A stretch of DNA of 64,000 bases. It comes from Octopus bimaculoides. Taxonomy: Eukaryota. The notes under the pieces are model-generated. The model searched no databases. It was not told the DNA's origin and saw only the letters and a list, made by a program, of their open reading frames with translations. Position 1 is the first letter of the stretch. The number at the start of each line of letters is the position of its first letter. Shown one piece after another: positions 53,390 through 64,000 of the stretch. Both the position numbers and the translations under genes were made by a program. The stretch lies in the NCBI RefSeq assembly GCF_001194135.2, contig NC_068986.1:85244342-85308341 (forward strand), given 5' to 3'.

Positions 53390-54175
53390 TTATAATAGCC
53401 GTATTTTTCAACTGATTGCGCTGAAATTTTACACGTAGGTAAAAGACACCACAGTGGGAGCATCACTTAAATTTCATGAAAAAGCATATGTGATTACAGT
53501 AAAAATCGATATCATTCTAGAATTAACGGTAATTGAACACGTGCATCCAGGCATTTCATTCTGTGTTTAATAAATAAGCTGACACAAAAGAATAAGAAGA
53601 CAAGGCAATTATTTTGAACAAGTAAAAATGAAATAAGATATTAACCGTAACGAATAAATGGCACTAATTGGCTATCAATCAACTCTGTGAATATTTTCTC
53701 AGAGCAAAATTCAATTGATAGAAAACGACAAGTTGATTGGTAATTGAACGTGGAAATTTGGGTGACAAATATCTAAAACTTTAGCTAACAGGTTCTTATA
53801 TAAGACAAATAATGAGCGATATTTTTCGACTTTTGCTTGACTCACTTGATTTGACATGTACATGCTTAGTATCTATTCTTTAATTCCATTTCATGAAGAA
53901 GGAATATTAGTATCAACATTTCAAATAACGAGTTATTTTTTTATTTTTATCAATAAGCATAATTGAACGATATTTTGGCAAATTCTTCGTATCATTTTTA
54001 CGAATTTTACAGATCAAATTCATCGGTTACATTCTAAAAAAAAAGCACTATTCGGTCGGTTCTGGTAGCTTATTCATCCAGAAGTTTTGTTTCATTATCG
54101 ATCAACATCACATATTGCTGAACCCTATATCCCATTTGAAGTTTTCCGGTTTGCATTCAATTACAGATTTTCAAT

Positions 54176-54848
54176 AGGATGCTTGAAAAAAAACAAGACT
54201 CATATTGGCAGAAAACAAGAAATGCTTCCGTTTTGCGTTTCTTGCGGGCAAGCGAGACAGAGGAACAATGTATGCTTCGGGTGCTTGCAATGCTGCCTCT
54301 ACTGCAGTTACCAGAGCATCACAGACAACTCAACAAGCAGAACTCCGGCTCGCTCGGAATGCTGCTTCTACTGTAGTCACCAGAGCATCACAGACAGTTC
54401 AACAAGCAGAACTCTGGCGTGTTTGCAATGCTGCCTCTACTTCAAATAGCCGTTGAACAAAGGGCCACAAGGCTTGGGACTGATTCTCAACGTAAAATAC
54501 GTTCTCGTGTCTCTTCGAGTGTTTCTTCCTGTTGCTGGTCTAACAAGGCGTTTCATTACGCTTCACCCCCACATATCATCATTGGCAACAAGTCTACAGT
54601 TTACGTCCATTGTAATGCAATGAGGTGGCCAGCAGAATCTACGGCTATATGCTGCTCCAATGGAACAATTGGCTTGCCTCATTTACAAGTGTGTGCCGAA
54701 TCTTTGAAGGCCCTGCTGCTCGGAGATCAACCAGATTCTAAACACTTTCTTCGGAATATAAGAGCCTACAATTCTGCTTTCCAAATAACAAGCTTTGGTC
54801 ATACACCAATAAGAGATAGAAATTGTATGCTCACCTTCAAAGTACAAT
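54176..54848 (+). mobile_element. Helitron RepHel N-terminal remnant
   Basis: Frameshifted ORF with 23-aa repeats NAAST.VTRASQT.QQAEL, then IGNKSTVYVHCNAMRWPAESTAICCSNG...LKALLLGDQPDSKHFLRNIRAYNSAFQITSFG..MLTFKVQ, the conserved Helitron N-terminal motif. Truncated before the Rep and helicase domains. Confidence 0.8.
54289..54440 (+). repeat. 69-bp tandem repeat, about 2.2 copies, within the Helitron remnant
   Basis: aatgctgc(c/t)tctact recurs at 54289, 54358 and 54427. Confidence 0.9.
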
Positions 54849-55337
54849 TCTATATAATATATTCATTGAAGAATTATCTTTTCAAAATTTGATATATTAA
54901 TCTTGTGTAACTTGGAAAAATATCCCTATAAGAAGTTGAAATATCCTCATTGTGTTAGTAAACAGTTTATAGCAGAGACTTCATCTAAGAAGATCTGAAG
55001 AAGGAATTGTATTCCAAAATATCATCGGACTATAGATAACTAAATTACAAGTATATAGTCCATTTTCTTTTTTTTTTTTGGTGCATTGTTGTACCATTCA
55101 AAACTCTTTATTCTCTACAAAATTTCATAAAGATTTTTGGAAATTTTTTTCAGAATTATAATTTCCGTATTTTTCCGCGTATTTTGAAAAAAAAAAAAAA
55201 ATTCTGAAAAAAGTTCAAAATGAAGGAAATGGGGGTGGGATGGGGTAATTTAGAAATGTCAAATTTTACCACTAATCATTTCGTCCGGCGTGCTAACGTT
55301 TCTGCCAGCTCGCCTATGTATGTAATTGTTCAACCAG

Positions 55338-55583
55338 TAGGGCCGCGAGCTGGCAAGAATCGTTAGCACGCCGGGCGACATACGTAGCGGTATTTCGTCT
55401 GCCGTTACGTTCTGAGTTCAAATTCCGCCGAGGGCGACTTTGCATTTTTATCCTTCGGGATCGATTAAATAAGTATCAGTTTCGAACTGGAGTCGATGTA
55501 ATCGATTTAATCCGTTTGTCTGTCCTTCTTTGTCCCCTCTATGTTTAGCCCCCTGTGGACAATAAAGAAATAAAGAAATAAAA
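55338..55583 (+). mobile_element. Full-length SINE family B copy with 14-bp target-site duplication
   Basis: TSD aattgttcaaccag at 55324-55337 and 55584-55597; A-rich tail (aataaaga)n. Confidence 0.9.
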
Positions 55584-55794
55584 AATTGTTCAACCAGAGA
55601 CGTAAGATACTGGAGTATAGACAACGGCACACGATCAGCACATAATGAAGAAAAGCAGAATAAAAGCTGAAAGACGAATTGCTAGGAGGACGGGGAAATG
55701 AAAATAATTCATCAAATATGCGTATACATAACATCTTTTGAGTTAGTGACAAAAGTTCATTCTATGTATATTCTATGGATAGTGTACCTTTCAA

Positions 55795-55990
55795 CCCCTT
55801 TTCGTTTATCGTTTTCCAGTCGTTAAACTACGGCCATGCCGGGGAACCACCTTGAAGGGTTTAGTCGAACGAATCGACCCCAGTATTTCTTTTTCTAAAC
55901 CTGCTGCTCATTCAGTCATTCTGAATTTCGGAAACGTAAACAAAGTAAACAAATCAATACCAGTTGTCAAGCAATGGGAGGGGAACGAAC
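55795..55990 (-). mobile_element. Partial SINE family A-related copy
   Basis: cggccatgccgggg...tttagtcgaacgaatcgaccccagta...ccagttgtcaagcaatgggagggg resembles the reverse-complemented 3' half of family A. Confidence 0.55.
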
Positions 55991-56426
55991 ACAAGACAAT
56001 GACATAAGCATGTGTGTGTGTATGTATCACTTTCATATTAATAACTATGGAAGACTGGTGGGAATATTATCTTCATGGACTTCAAGGGATAGGTTGTTAT
56101 TTTGTTAGATAATTTAAGAGTTAGTTATAGGTTTACTTATTGAATTTATTTACCGATACTGATTTTGTAAATAGGGTAAATGTGTTTCTTTGTTGTAATT
56201 TAATTAATAATGTGTTTAATCCTTCCTAGCATTAAGATTGAATGAATCTGGTGGTATATATGGTATACTTGTTCCCAAGCAACACTTATTTTAGCGATGC
56301 TGAGACTGCCAGATTGAACAGTACTGCTCAGGTGTCGAAACCACAGTGATATCTATGGGGCAGCTGATGATGGAGGTATGTTGGATAGCTGGTATGGCTG
56401 TTTTTGTATGTGTGTAATAGTTTTAT

Positions 56427-56484
<58 letters not shown>

Positions 56485-56999
56485 CATATGATTCGCAAAA
56501 AAAAACAACAGACGAAGGCAGGTGGTGTAGAAAACAAATAGATGTACTAGTATAATGTTCGGGAATTGAAAAAGTCTTTACCGTTTCAAGCCTACGCTCT
56601 TCTACAGATAGGAACACAGAAAGAAACAAGGAGAGAAAAAAAATGTGTGTAGTCGTCAGCGATCTATAAGAAAGTATAAAAACATAATAATAATAAAAAT
56701 AAAGGTTTTACATAAAGGTTAAAAAGTTCAAAGGCTTCAGATGTCGTGGTGTATTGCAGCGATTTCTTATCAACAGGTAGGTCCAGAGTAATCCACAAGC
56801 AGGAGAGGTGCAACCGGAGTGTAGAAAGTCCAATATATATATAGATAGATAGATATACGCACACACACACACACACACGCACACATACACACGCACGCAC
56901 GCACACACACATATTCTTTTATTCTTTTACTTGTTTCAGTCATTTGANNNNNNNNNNACACACACGCACACATACACACGCACGCACGCACACACACAT

Positions 57000-57221
57000 A
57001 TTCTTTTATTCTTTTACTTGTTTCAGTCATTTGACTGCGGCCATACTGGAGCACCGCCTTTAGTCGAACAAATCAACCTAAGGACTTATTTTTTGTAAGC
57101 CTAGTACTTATTCTATTGGTCATTTTTGCTGTACCGATATGTTACGGGGGCGTAAACACACCAACATCCGTTGTCAAGTGATGGTGGGGGGGGGGGACAA
57201 ATGCAGACACACAAATACATT

Positions 57222-57254
<33 letters not shown>

Positions 57255-57412
57255 TCACGACAGGCTTCTTTCAGTTTCAGTTTGCCAAATCCACTCACAA
57301 GGCTGTGGCCGGGGCGAGGCTATAATAGAAGATATTTGCCCAAGATACCACCCAGTGGGACTGAACTTTGAATCATATGGTTGGGAAACAAGCCTCTTAC
57401 CATACACCACAC
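57000..57412 (-). mobile_element. SINE family A copy
   Basis: ttcttttacttgtttcagtcatttgactgcggccatactggagcaccgcc...ttgccaaatccactcacaagg...ttaccatacaccac is the reverse complement of the family A layout. Confidence 0.8.
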
Positions 57413-59080
57413 CTATACACACACACACGCATACACACACACAACAGGCTTTCAGTTTTCCCCTACAAAAACCTCTTACAAGGTTTTACTTAGGTCGGAC
57501 CCATATTGTTGGGAAGCAGACTTCTTACCACGCAGCCACGCCTACGCAAAATATTCTAAATGTTGACGAATTAACAGCTGTAAAAAGCAACCGGTTAGTT
57601 GAATGGTCAGTTCATAACAGCAAGAAGTCTTGATGGTGATTTGTGAAAGGGAGAGAGAGAAAGAGTAACCGATAAGTCGAAAGAATGCGGGAGAGAAAGT
57701 GACAGAAGGAAAGGGCAATCACAGAGGAAGGAATAGGGATATAGACATCACGAGGGATAAATGAATAAATAGGTAGACAGATAGACAAATAGATGTAAGG
57801 ATGTTTGAGAAAGACACAACGATAGAAAAGTGGATGCAAATAGTGAAAGAAAGTTAAGTAACAGAGAAAAGGACAGAAGGGTAAGTAGAGAAAAAAGACA
57901 GAAAGATTAGGGTGTACACAAAACGTGTTAGAAAGATTGGTAAAGTGATAGGAACGCAGATTGATAGAAACGCCATGAGAAAGTTAGGTGGATAGCTAAA
58001 GTAAAAGATAGAAAGGTAGGTAAATATAGAAAACGGAAGGTAAATAAAGAAAACCACAAGATGAATAGGCGGATCGAGAAAAAACAACAGGGGCTGGGTT
58101 AGTTGGAGAAAGTGATAGAAAGTTAGGCAGGAAGAGAAACTGTTAGAAAGATAGAGAAAAAGTAAAGAAGTTAGCCATCTACAGAGAATATGTATCACTG
58201 AAGAATACGGCCTAAACATATTCGTTGCTCTCAGCTGTTGGCTTAAAGAACATCCACTCTTATTACTGATTTTGGTAAAGATTACAAATAAAATTACTTC
58301 ATTTATGTTTCCTTCTCTTAAAGTCTTAACCAGTCTCCAGTAAGGTGGTATCTTGGAGATTAGATACAAATTTTGTTCGCAAACTTCACGAGGAAACTTA
58401 GAAAGCAAACTGTGTAAACGTTGGGTTCATCAAGTTTCTGGCGGCAGTTATTTTAAGGGAGATTATGACTACTAGATAAATCTTAAAACATGGCGGAATG
58501 AGAACTTTAAATATTATATTTAAGAGTAACAAAGAAGACGCACAAAATATAAATATAAAATTTTTTTTTTTTTTTACTCGTTACAAAAATTCTGTTTAGA
58601 AGAAAAAAATAGAGCCCTATTGCTTGCCTTGTTTCATTAATCATTTTGTGTGTAACGAAATTATGTACAACAGGGAATTTATGATACTGAAGAATTAGTT
58701 GGATTTCCTTTAGTCCTAAATTTTATATTTGAAAATCCACGGTACATAGTTCAGCATCGATTGAAATCCACTACATTGAGATATCCGGCTCTGCATTTGA
58801 AACAAAGTTACAGCTAGATTTCCTCTAGCTTGAATGAAATATCACATAACCCAAAAGAAGTGTATCTAGATTATCAACAACATCATATGTGATATAATGT
58901 AGCAAGAACACTGAAAACACTCTCTATACCACCTGTCTAAAATGTAAACAAAAGTAACTTATGTTTTATTTATAGTCTATATGTCACCTTTCTAATGATA
59001 GAAAATTCCTTTCGGTATGGCTCAGCTGCTACATTTTGTCAAATAACGGTGAAGGTGGATATTATTAGTGTCGGATTAGT

Positions 59081-59461
59081 TGTGTTGTTGACACTCCGTC
59101 GCTTACGACGTCGAGGGTTCCAGTTGATCCAATCAACGGAACAGCCTGCTCGTGAAATTAACGTGCAAGTGGCTGAGCACTCCACAGACTCGTGTACACT
59201 TAACGTAGTTCTCGGGGATATTCAGCGTGACACAGTGTGACAAGGCTGACCCTTTGAATTACAGGCACAACAGAAACAAAGAGTGAGAGAAAGTTGTGGT
59301 GAAACAGTACAGCAGGGTTCGCCACCATCCCCTGCCGGAGCCTCGTGGAGCTTTAGGTGTTTTTGCTCAATAAACACTCACAACGCCCGGTCTGGGAATC
59401 GAAACCGCGATCCTATGGCCGCGAGTCCGCTGCCCTAACCACTGGACTATTGCGCCTCCAC
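59081..59461 (-). mobile_element. SINE family C, second full-length copy with 12-bp TSD
   Basis: Highly similar along its length to 47321-47701. TSD tgtcggattagt at 59069-59080 and 59462-59473. Confidence 0.9.
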
Positions 59462-60775
59462 TGTCGGATTAGTATGAATTACAAAAAAATACTTAGCAGC
59501 TTTTTAGTTTCAGTGTTTTAGTTAGGTTCTGAGTTCAAATCTCTCCGAGATACACTTTGTCTTTCCTCCATATGGAGTCGGTAAAACAATAGAAATATTT
59601 ATTGTTGGATCAGTATGAACGGTGAATTAAATGAATCGTTAAAACGTTAGACAAATTTCCTTACAGTATTTTAACTATGGCATTTTTTGTTCAGATCTCA
59701 ATGAAATCGACTTAGTAATTTATTTTTTTTCGTGTCGGTGAAATATAATGCCAGTCAACAATAAGAGTCGATATAATCGGCTATCCCTTGTCCCTCAATT
59801 AAGACTTGTAGTTTCGTTATAAATAATCATGGTTAGCTTGACATTGTAGATATTGTTGGTGATTCTATTGAAAGACCTAAGGAACATTAAAAATAATATC
59901 TGTAGATTTTCAATTTTCGTACATGAGATGCATCAAAAATCAAAATGTTGTCTATACTGGGTTCCTTTTATGTCTTTGTCTGGAGCCAGTAACTAAGGCA
60001 ATGACCTGAGTAGTGCCTTTGATCTCGGTGAGATCGATGTGATTGTTATTCCTTTTGAACGATTACCGAATAAATATGACAGAGAAGTGTAATGGTTAGT
60101 GCTGAGCGAGGAAGACAACATAGAACAGCTAACAAAAGAGAACATAAGATAACTGGAAAGCCTGGAGTGTAAAGAGTAGAGACAACTTTAATAGCGGTGT
60201 CAAACAGGATGAGTCAGCACGTTGGCTGACAAGACGTAGGAGTATAAAGGAAATGTCTGCATATTGATCAGTCGAATGGCATTTTTATGAGTATGACGTC
60301 TGCGTGTAAAGTTTAAGCATAACCCAAGACGTGGAAGTAATATTATAAGAGACGTTGAGGATATGACGAAATTGAGTTTCACCAATATCTGTGTCGATTT
60401 CTGAACGATTATGAATGTTGATTTCAATCCCTTCAACAGACTATAAATATTTAAACTGAATAAATTGTATTAGAGTCCAATCAACCCTGACACGTCCTTC
60501 ACGTAAAAATGCTGTAGAATTAACCTACAGTAGTATGTACAACCATCAGGCAAGTGCTATAGGATAAGTTTCTTTATTAGCCACACAGGGCCAGGGTAAT
60601 GCAGTGAGAATAAGCTATGGTCTACTTTTAATTACTAGCTAAAATCGCTCCCCGTCCCTTGGACCAGCCATGTGTCGAAAAAGGGTTTTATATATTTAAT
60701 CAAGACTTCAGAATTGAATATATTGAAGCGATGTTTCAAATTGTTATGATTCCGACGCAATATTGAGTCAAGTTT

Positions 60776-60992
60776 AAGGCAGCTAGCTGGCAGAATCGTT
60801 AGCACGGCCAGCAACGTGCTTAGCGGAGTTTCGTCCTCCTTTACGTTCTGAGTTCGAATGCCACCGGGATCGACTTAGCTCTTCGTCATTTCGGGGTCGA
60901 TAAAATAAGTACCTTTTGAGCACCAGTTCGATGTAATCGACCTATCCCTACACCCGAAATTGCTGGCATTGTGTCAATATTACAAACCAATT
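60776..60992 (+). mobile_element. SINE family B copy
   Basis: Family B head and body; possible 9-bp TSD ttgagtcaa at 60763-60771 and 60993-61001. Confidence 0.8.
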
Positions 60993-62449
60993 TTGAGTCA
61001 AATGATGTAGTTTATATCATCAATGGATTACTGGAGGCAACTGGTTTGGCAGAATTGATTGGGTTCCTTAAGGTATTTTTGTTACAAAGGGTGAAGAGGA
61101 ACACTACGACCAACGATCATTCTCTGTGAGACTGTCAAGAACAGGTGGTCATAGTTACTGAAACATCAATAGTCATTTTCGTGATTTTTGTTACATCCAT
61201 TGTATTCACAGCGTTAATCAGCAAACACATCTACCAAAATATATAAATGTGTGTCAGTTGAACAAGTAACAACACCTCTAATACTAATCCAATAGAAATT
61301 ATTTCTAACATAGCCAGAGCACCAGAAACTCCGTAAATAAAATACCGCACGACATTTTGTCTGGCATTATAAGGATTCTGCGAATTCACATGCCTTTAAT
61401 AATAACCTCTACGTTATTTAACGATAAAATACTGAATTTTACTCAACAGCTAACATGATATATTCGACCCCAAAGTTTCAATTGAATATATGATATCGTT
61501 AAATATTGGAACCCGTTGCAAATCTAATGTTTGGTAGATTCTTATCATTTGAACACGCCATTCTAAAACTTCGCGCCTGACATTCAATAAATGGTCAGCA
61601 TCACATTGAAGTCTCAATAATAAAGTACGGAATTTAATCGATTACATTTGATATCTAAAGGTCTTTTATTCTATGAATATTTCGATACTGAATGGCAAAA
61701 ACTTGACATTTTCAGAACTTACATTGTCCTGAAAAATTCCAAAGATATCTCTAGGACCTTGTTATAACATTCATACAGTTTATAACTTCAGTTGGAACTA
61801 TTTACTTTAAGAAATAATTCAAAAAGAAAACAAGAATGCAAACATTCTTTATCAAATGGAAGCAAAAGAAAATCAATAACTTCATGTGTTAGGGATCATT
61901 ATAGCATTTCTATGCATATAAGAAATATGTATATGTGTGTGTGTGAGAGTGTAATGTACGTTTGTATAGATAAATAGATAGATACACACACACACATATA
62001 TATATATNNNNNNNNNNNNNNNNNNNNNNNNNNNNNNNNNNNNNNNNNNNNNNNNNNNNNNNNNNNNNNNNNNNNNNNNNNNNNNNNNNNNNNNNNNNNN
62101 NNNNNNNNNNNNNNNNNNNNNNNNNNNNNNNNNNNNNNNNNNNNNNNNNNNNNNNNNNNNNNNNNNNNNNNNNNNNNNNNNNNNNNNNNNNNNNNNNNNN
62201 NNNNNNNNNNNNNNNNNNNNNNNNNNNNNNNNNNNNNNNNNNNNNNNNNNNNNNNNNNNNNNNNNNNNNNNNNNNNNNNNNNNNNNNNNNNNNNNNNNNN
62301 NNNNNNNNNNNNNNNNNNNNNNNNNNNNNNNNNNNNNNNNNNNNNNNNNNNNNNNNNNNNNNNNNNNNNNNNNNNNNNNNNNNNNNNNNNNNNNNNNNNN
62401 NNNNNNNNNNNNNNNNNNNNNNNNNNNNNNNNNNNNNNNNNNNNNNNNN

Positions 62450-62511
<62 letters not shown>

Positions 62512-62879
62512 GTATATCTTGATGAACACACAAAGCTGTAAAGATGGTTTATTGTAGAAACATAGTGAGCAATTTATAAACATAAATCCAAAACACGCAA
62601 ATACTGAATGTTTGATAACATTTTGACTTTAAAGGAGTAAATAGAAAGGAAGAAAGAAACGAAACGAAGGTGAGAGACAGAAAGACAGAGTGAGAGAGAG
62701 AGGGGGAGGGGAGAATAGAGAGTGATAGAGAGAGAAAGAGGGAAGGAGAGAGAGAGGGGAAACTCTTGTCCTTGTGTTCAGCCGTTACCAAAAACTGCAT
62801 GGTTTGCAATAAAACGTATTGTATAATGAAAAGATAAGGTCGAAGCCCGTTACTTGTAACCTTAGGGTGAAAGAAAAAG

Positions 62880-63260
62880 AAGACGAAGAAGAAGAAAAGA
62901 GAAGAAGAAGAAGAAGAAGAAGAAGAAGAAGAAGAAGAAGAAGAAGAAGAAGAAGAAGAAAAGAGAAGATGAAGATGGAAGAAGAAGAAGAAGAAAAGAG
63001 AAGATGAAGATGGAAGAAGAAGAAGAAGAAGAAGAAGAAGAAGAAGAAGAAGAAGAAGAAGAAGAAGAAGAAGAAGAAGAAGAAGAAGAAGAAGAAGAAA
63101 CGTTATGGAAATGAGTTTGAGGAAGAATAGATGAAGGAAAAAAGAAGGACGATTAAAATAGAAAATAAAAGCGAAAGTAAAGAAGATAAATATTAAGAAG
63201 TATGAAAAGATCAACAACAACAACAACAACAACAGCAGCAGCAGCAGCAGCAGCAGCAGT
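62880..63260. repeat. (GAA)n purine tract with a duplicated interruption, then (CAA)n(CAG)n
   Basis: The interruption aagagaagatgaagatggaagaag occurs twice within the GAA run; the CAA/CAG run lies at about 63210-63260. Confidence 0.9.
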
Positions 63261-63405
63261 AACTGCTACAAATACCAAACATTAGTGTGCAGTGGCTATT
63301 AGCAGTAGCTACAGTTGCTACATGTAGAAAAACGCATTGCATAAGTTATAAGTTTGGAAGATATCGCACACATAGATATGCTACGTACGTATGTACGTAT
63401 GTATG

Positions 63406-63436
<31 letters not shown>

Positions 63437-63709
63437 GTAAGCACACACACACAACCACATAATCATACATTTGTATGTATATAATAAGAAACGATGAAGG
63501 AAGTTAAGAAATGAGGGAGATGACAAGGTGGATAAGAAAAAGTGGAATTTGAAAGAAAACTTCGTGTTGCGTTCTGTATTAAAAAGAATTGTTATGAGAA
63601 AATGGTAAACGGTCATAAATAACGTTAATAACTATCAATTCTATCATAATAGGCATAATGGTAATAATAATGAAAACGATAACAACATGAACAACAAAGA
63701 CAACAACAA

Positions 63710-63784
<75 letters not shown>

Positions 63785-63817
63785 CAATAATAATAATAAA
63801 ACAAACAAACAAACAAA

Positions 63818-64000
63818 ACAAACAGTTCAAATCCAACCACAAAAAACTCTACCAAGAACTGGGTAAAAATAAAATAGACATTACTGCAGCACCAACAGCA
63901 GAAGAACTAGAGAAATTCCGGAAACAAATATGGTCGGTGAAGCAACAACCCCAGAAAAGGACCATTAAAACAACGAACTTAGCACCTGAGCAACTCTGGG
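63818..64000 (+). mobile_element. Probable R4/Dong-like LINE, 5'-truncated start, continuing beyond the window
   Basis: After an (AAT)/(CAA) tract: NKQFKSNHKKLYQELG...PTAEELEKFRKQIWS, resembling the pre-RT 'F..N.K.FY..L...P..EE...FW..IW' region of RLE LINEs. Confidence 0.6.

Noticed and set aside
54289-54440. Regularly spaced repeat superficially like a CRISPR array
   Set aside because: The whole 69-bp unit is repeated with no unique spacers, it is in frame within a Helitron ORF, the context is eukaryotic, and no cas genes are present.
56873-57032. About 75-bp direct repeat around a 10-N gap
   Set aside because: Same overlap artefact pattern; not treated as a real duplication.

Overview
Eukaryotic (animal) genomic DNA, not prokaryotic: AT-rich, dense in di-, tri- and tetranucleotide microsatellites, and broken by many N-gaps that start and end in microsatellites. 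The repeat landscape resembles draft Octopus assemblies (inference from recalled repeat families, not verified). One protein-coding gene is supported: three + strand exons (33230-33487, 39550-39809, 42997-43835) with canonical AG/GT sites and matching phases. They splice into 451 aa of a serine beta-lactamase/penicillin-binding-protein-like protein with YxN and HxG motifs, a DUF3471-like C-terminal domain, a cationic linker and a GPI-signal-like tail. Its 5' exons, including the SxxK motif, were not found. The rest is mostly decayed mobile DNA: a nest of at least 10 R4/Dong-like (RLE-type) LINE fragments at 17.7-32.3 kb sitting at (TAA)n and other trinucleotide tracts, plus one more at the window end; L1/Tx1-like LINE remnants; Penelope-like and Helitron remnants; three tRNA-headed SINE families; and four foldback/MITE-like inverted repeats. 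Most ORFs in the supplied track are artefacts of microsatellites and N-gaps. No CRISPR array, rRNA or true tRNA gene was seen.
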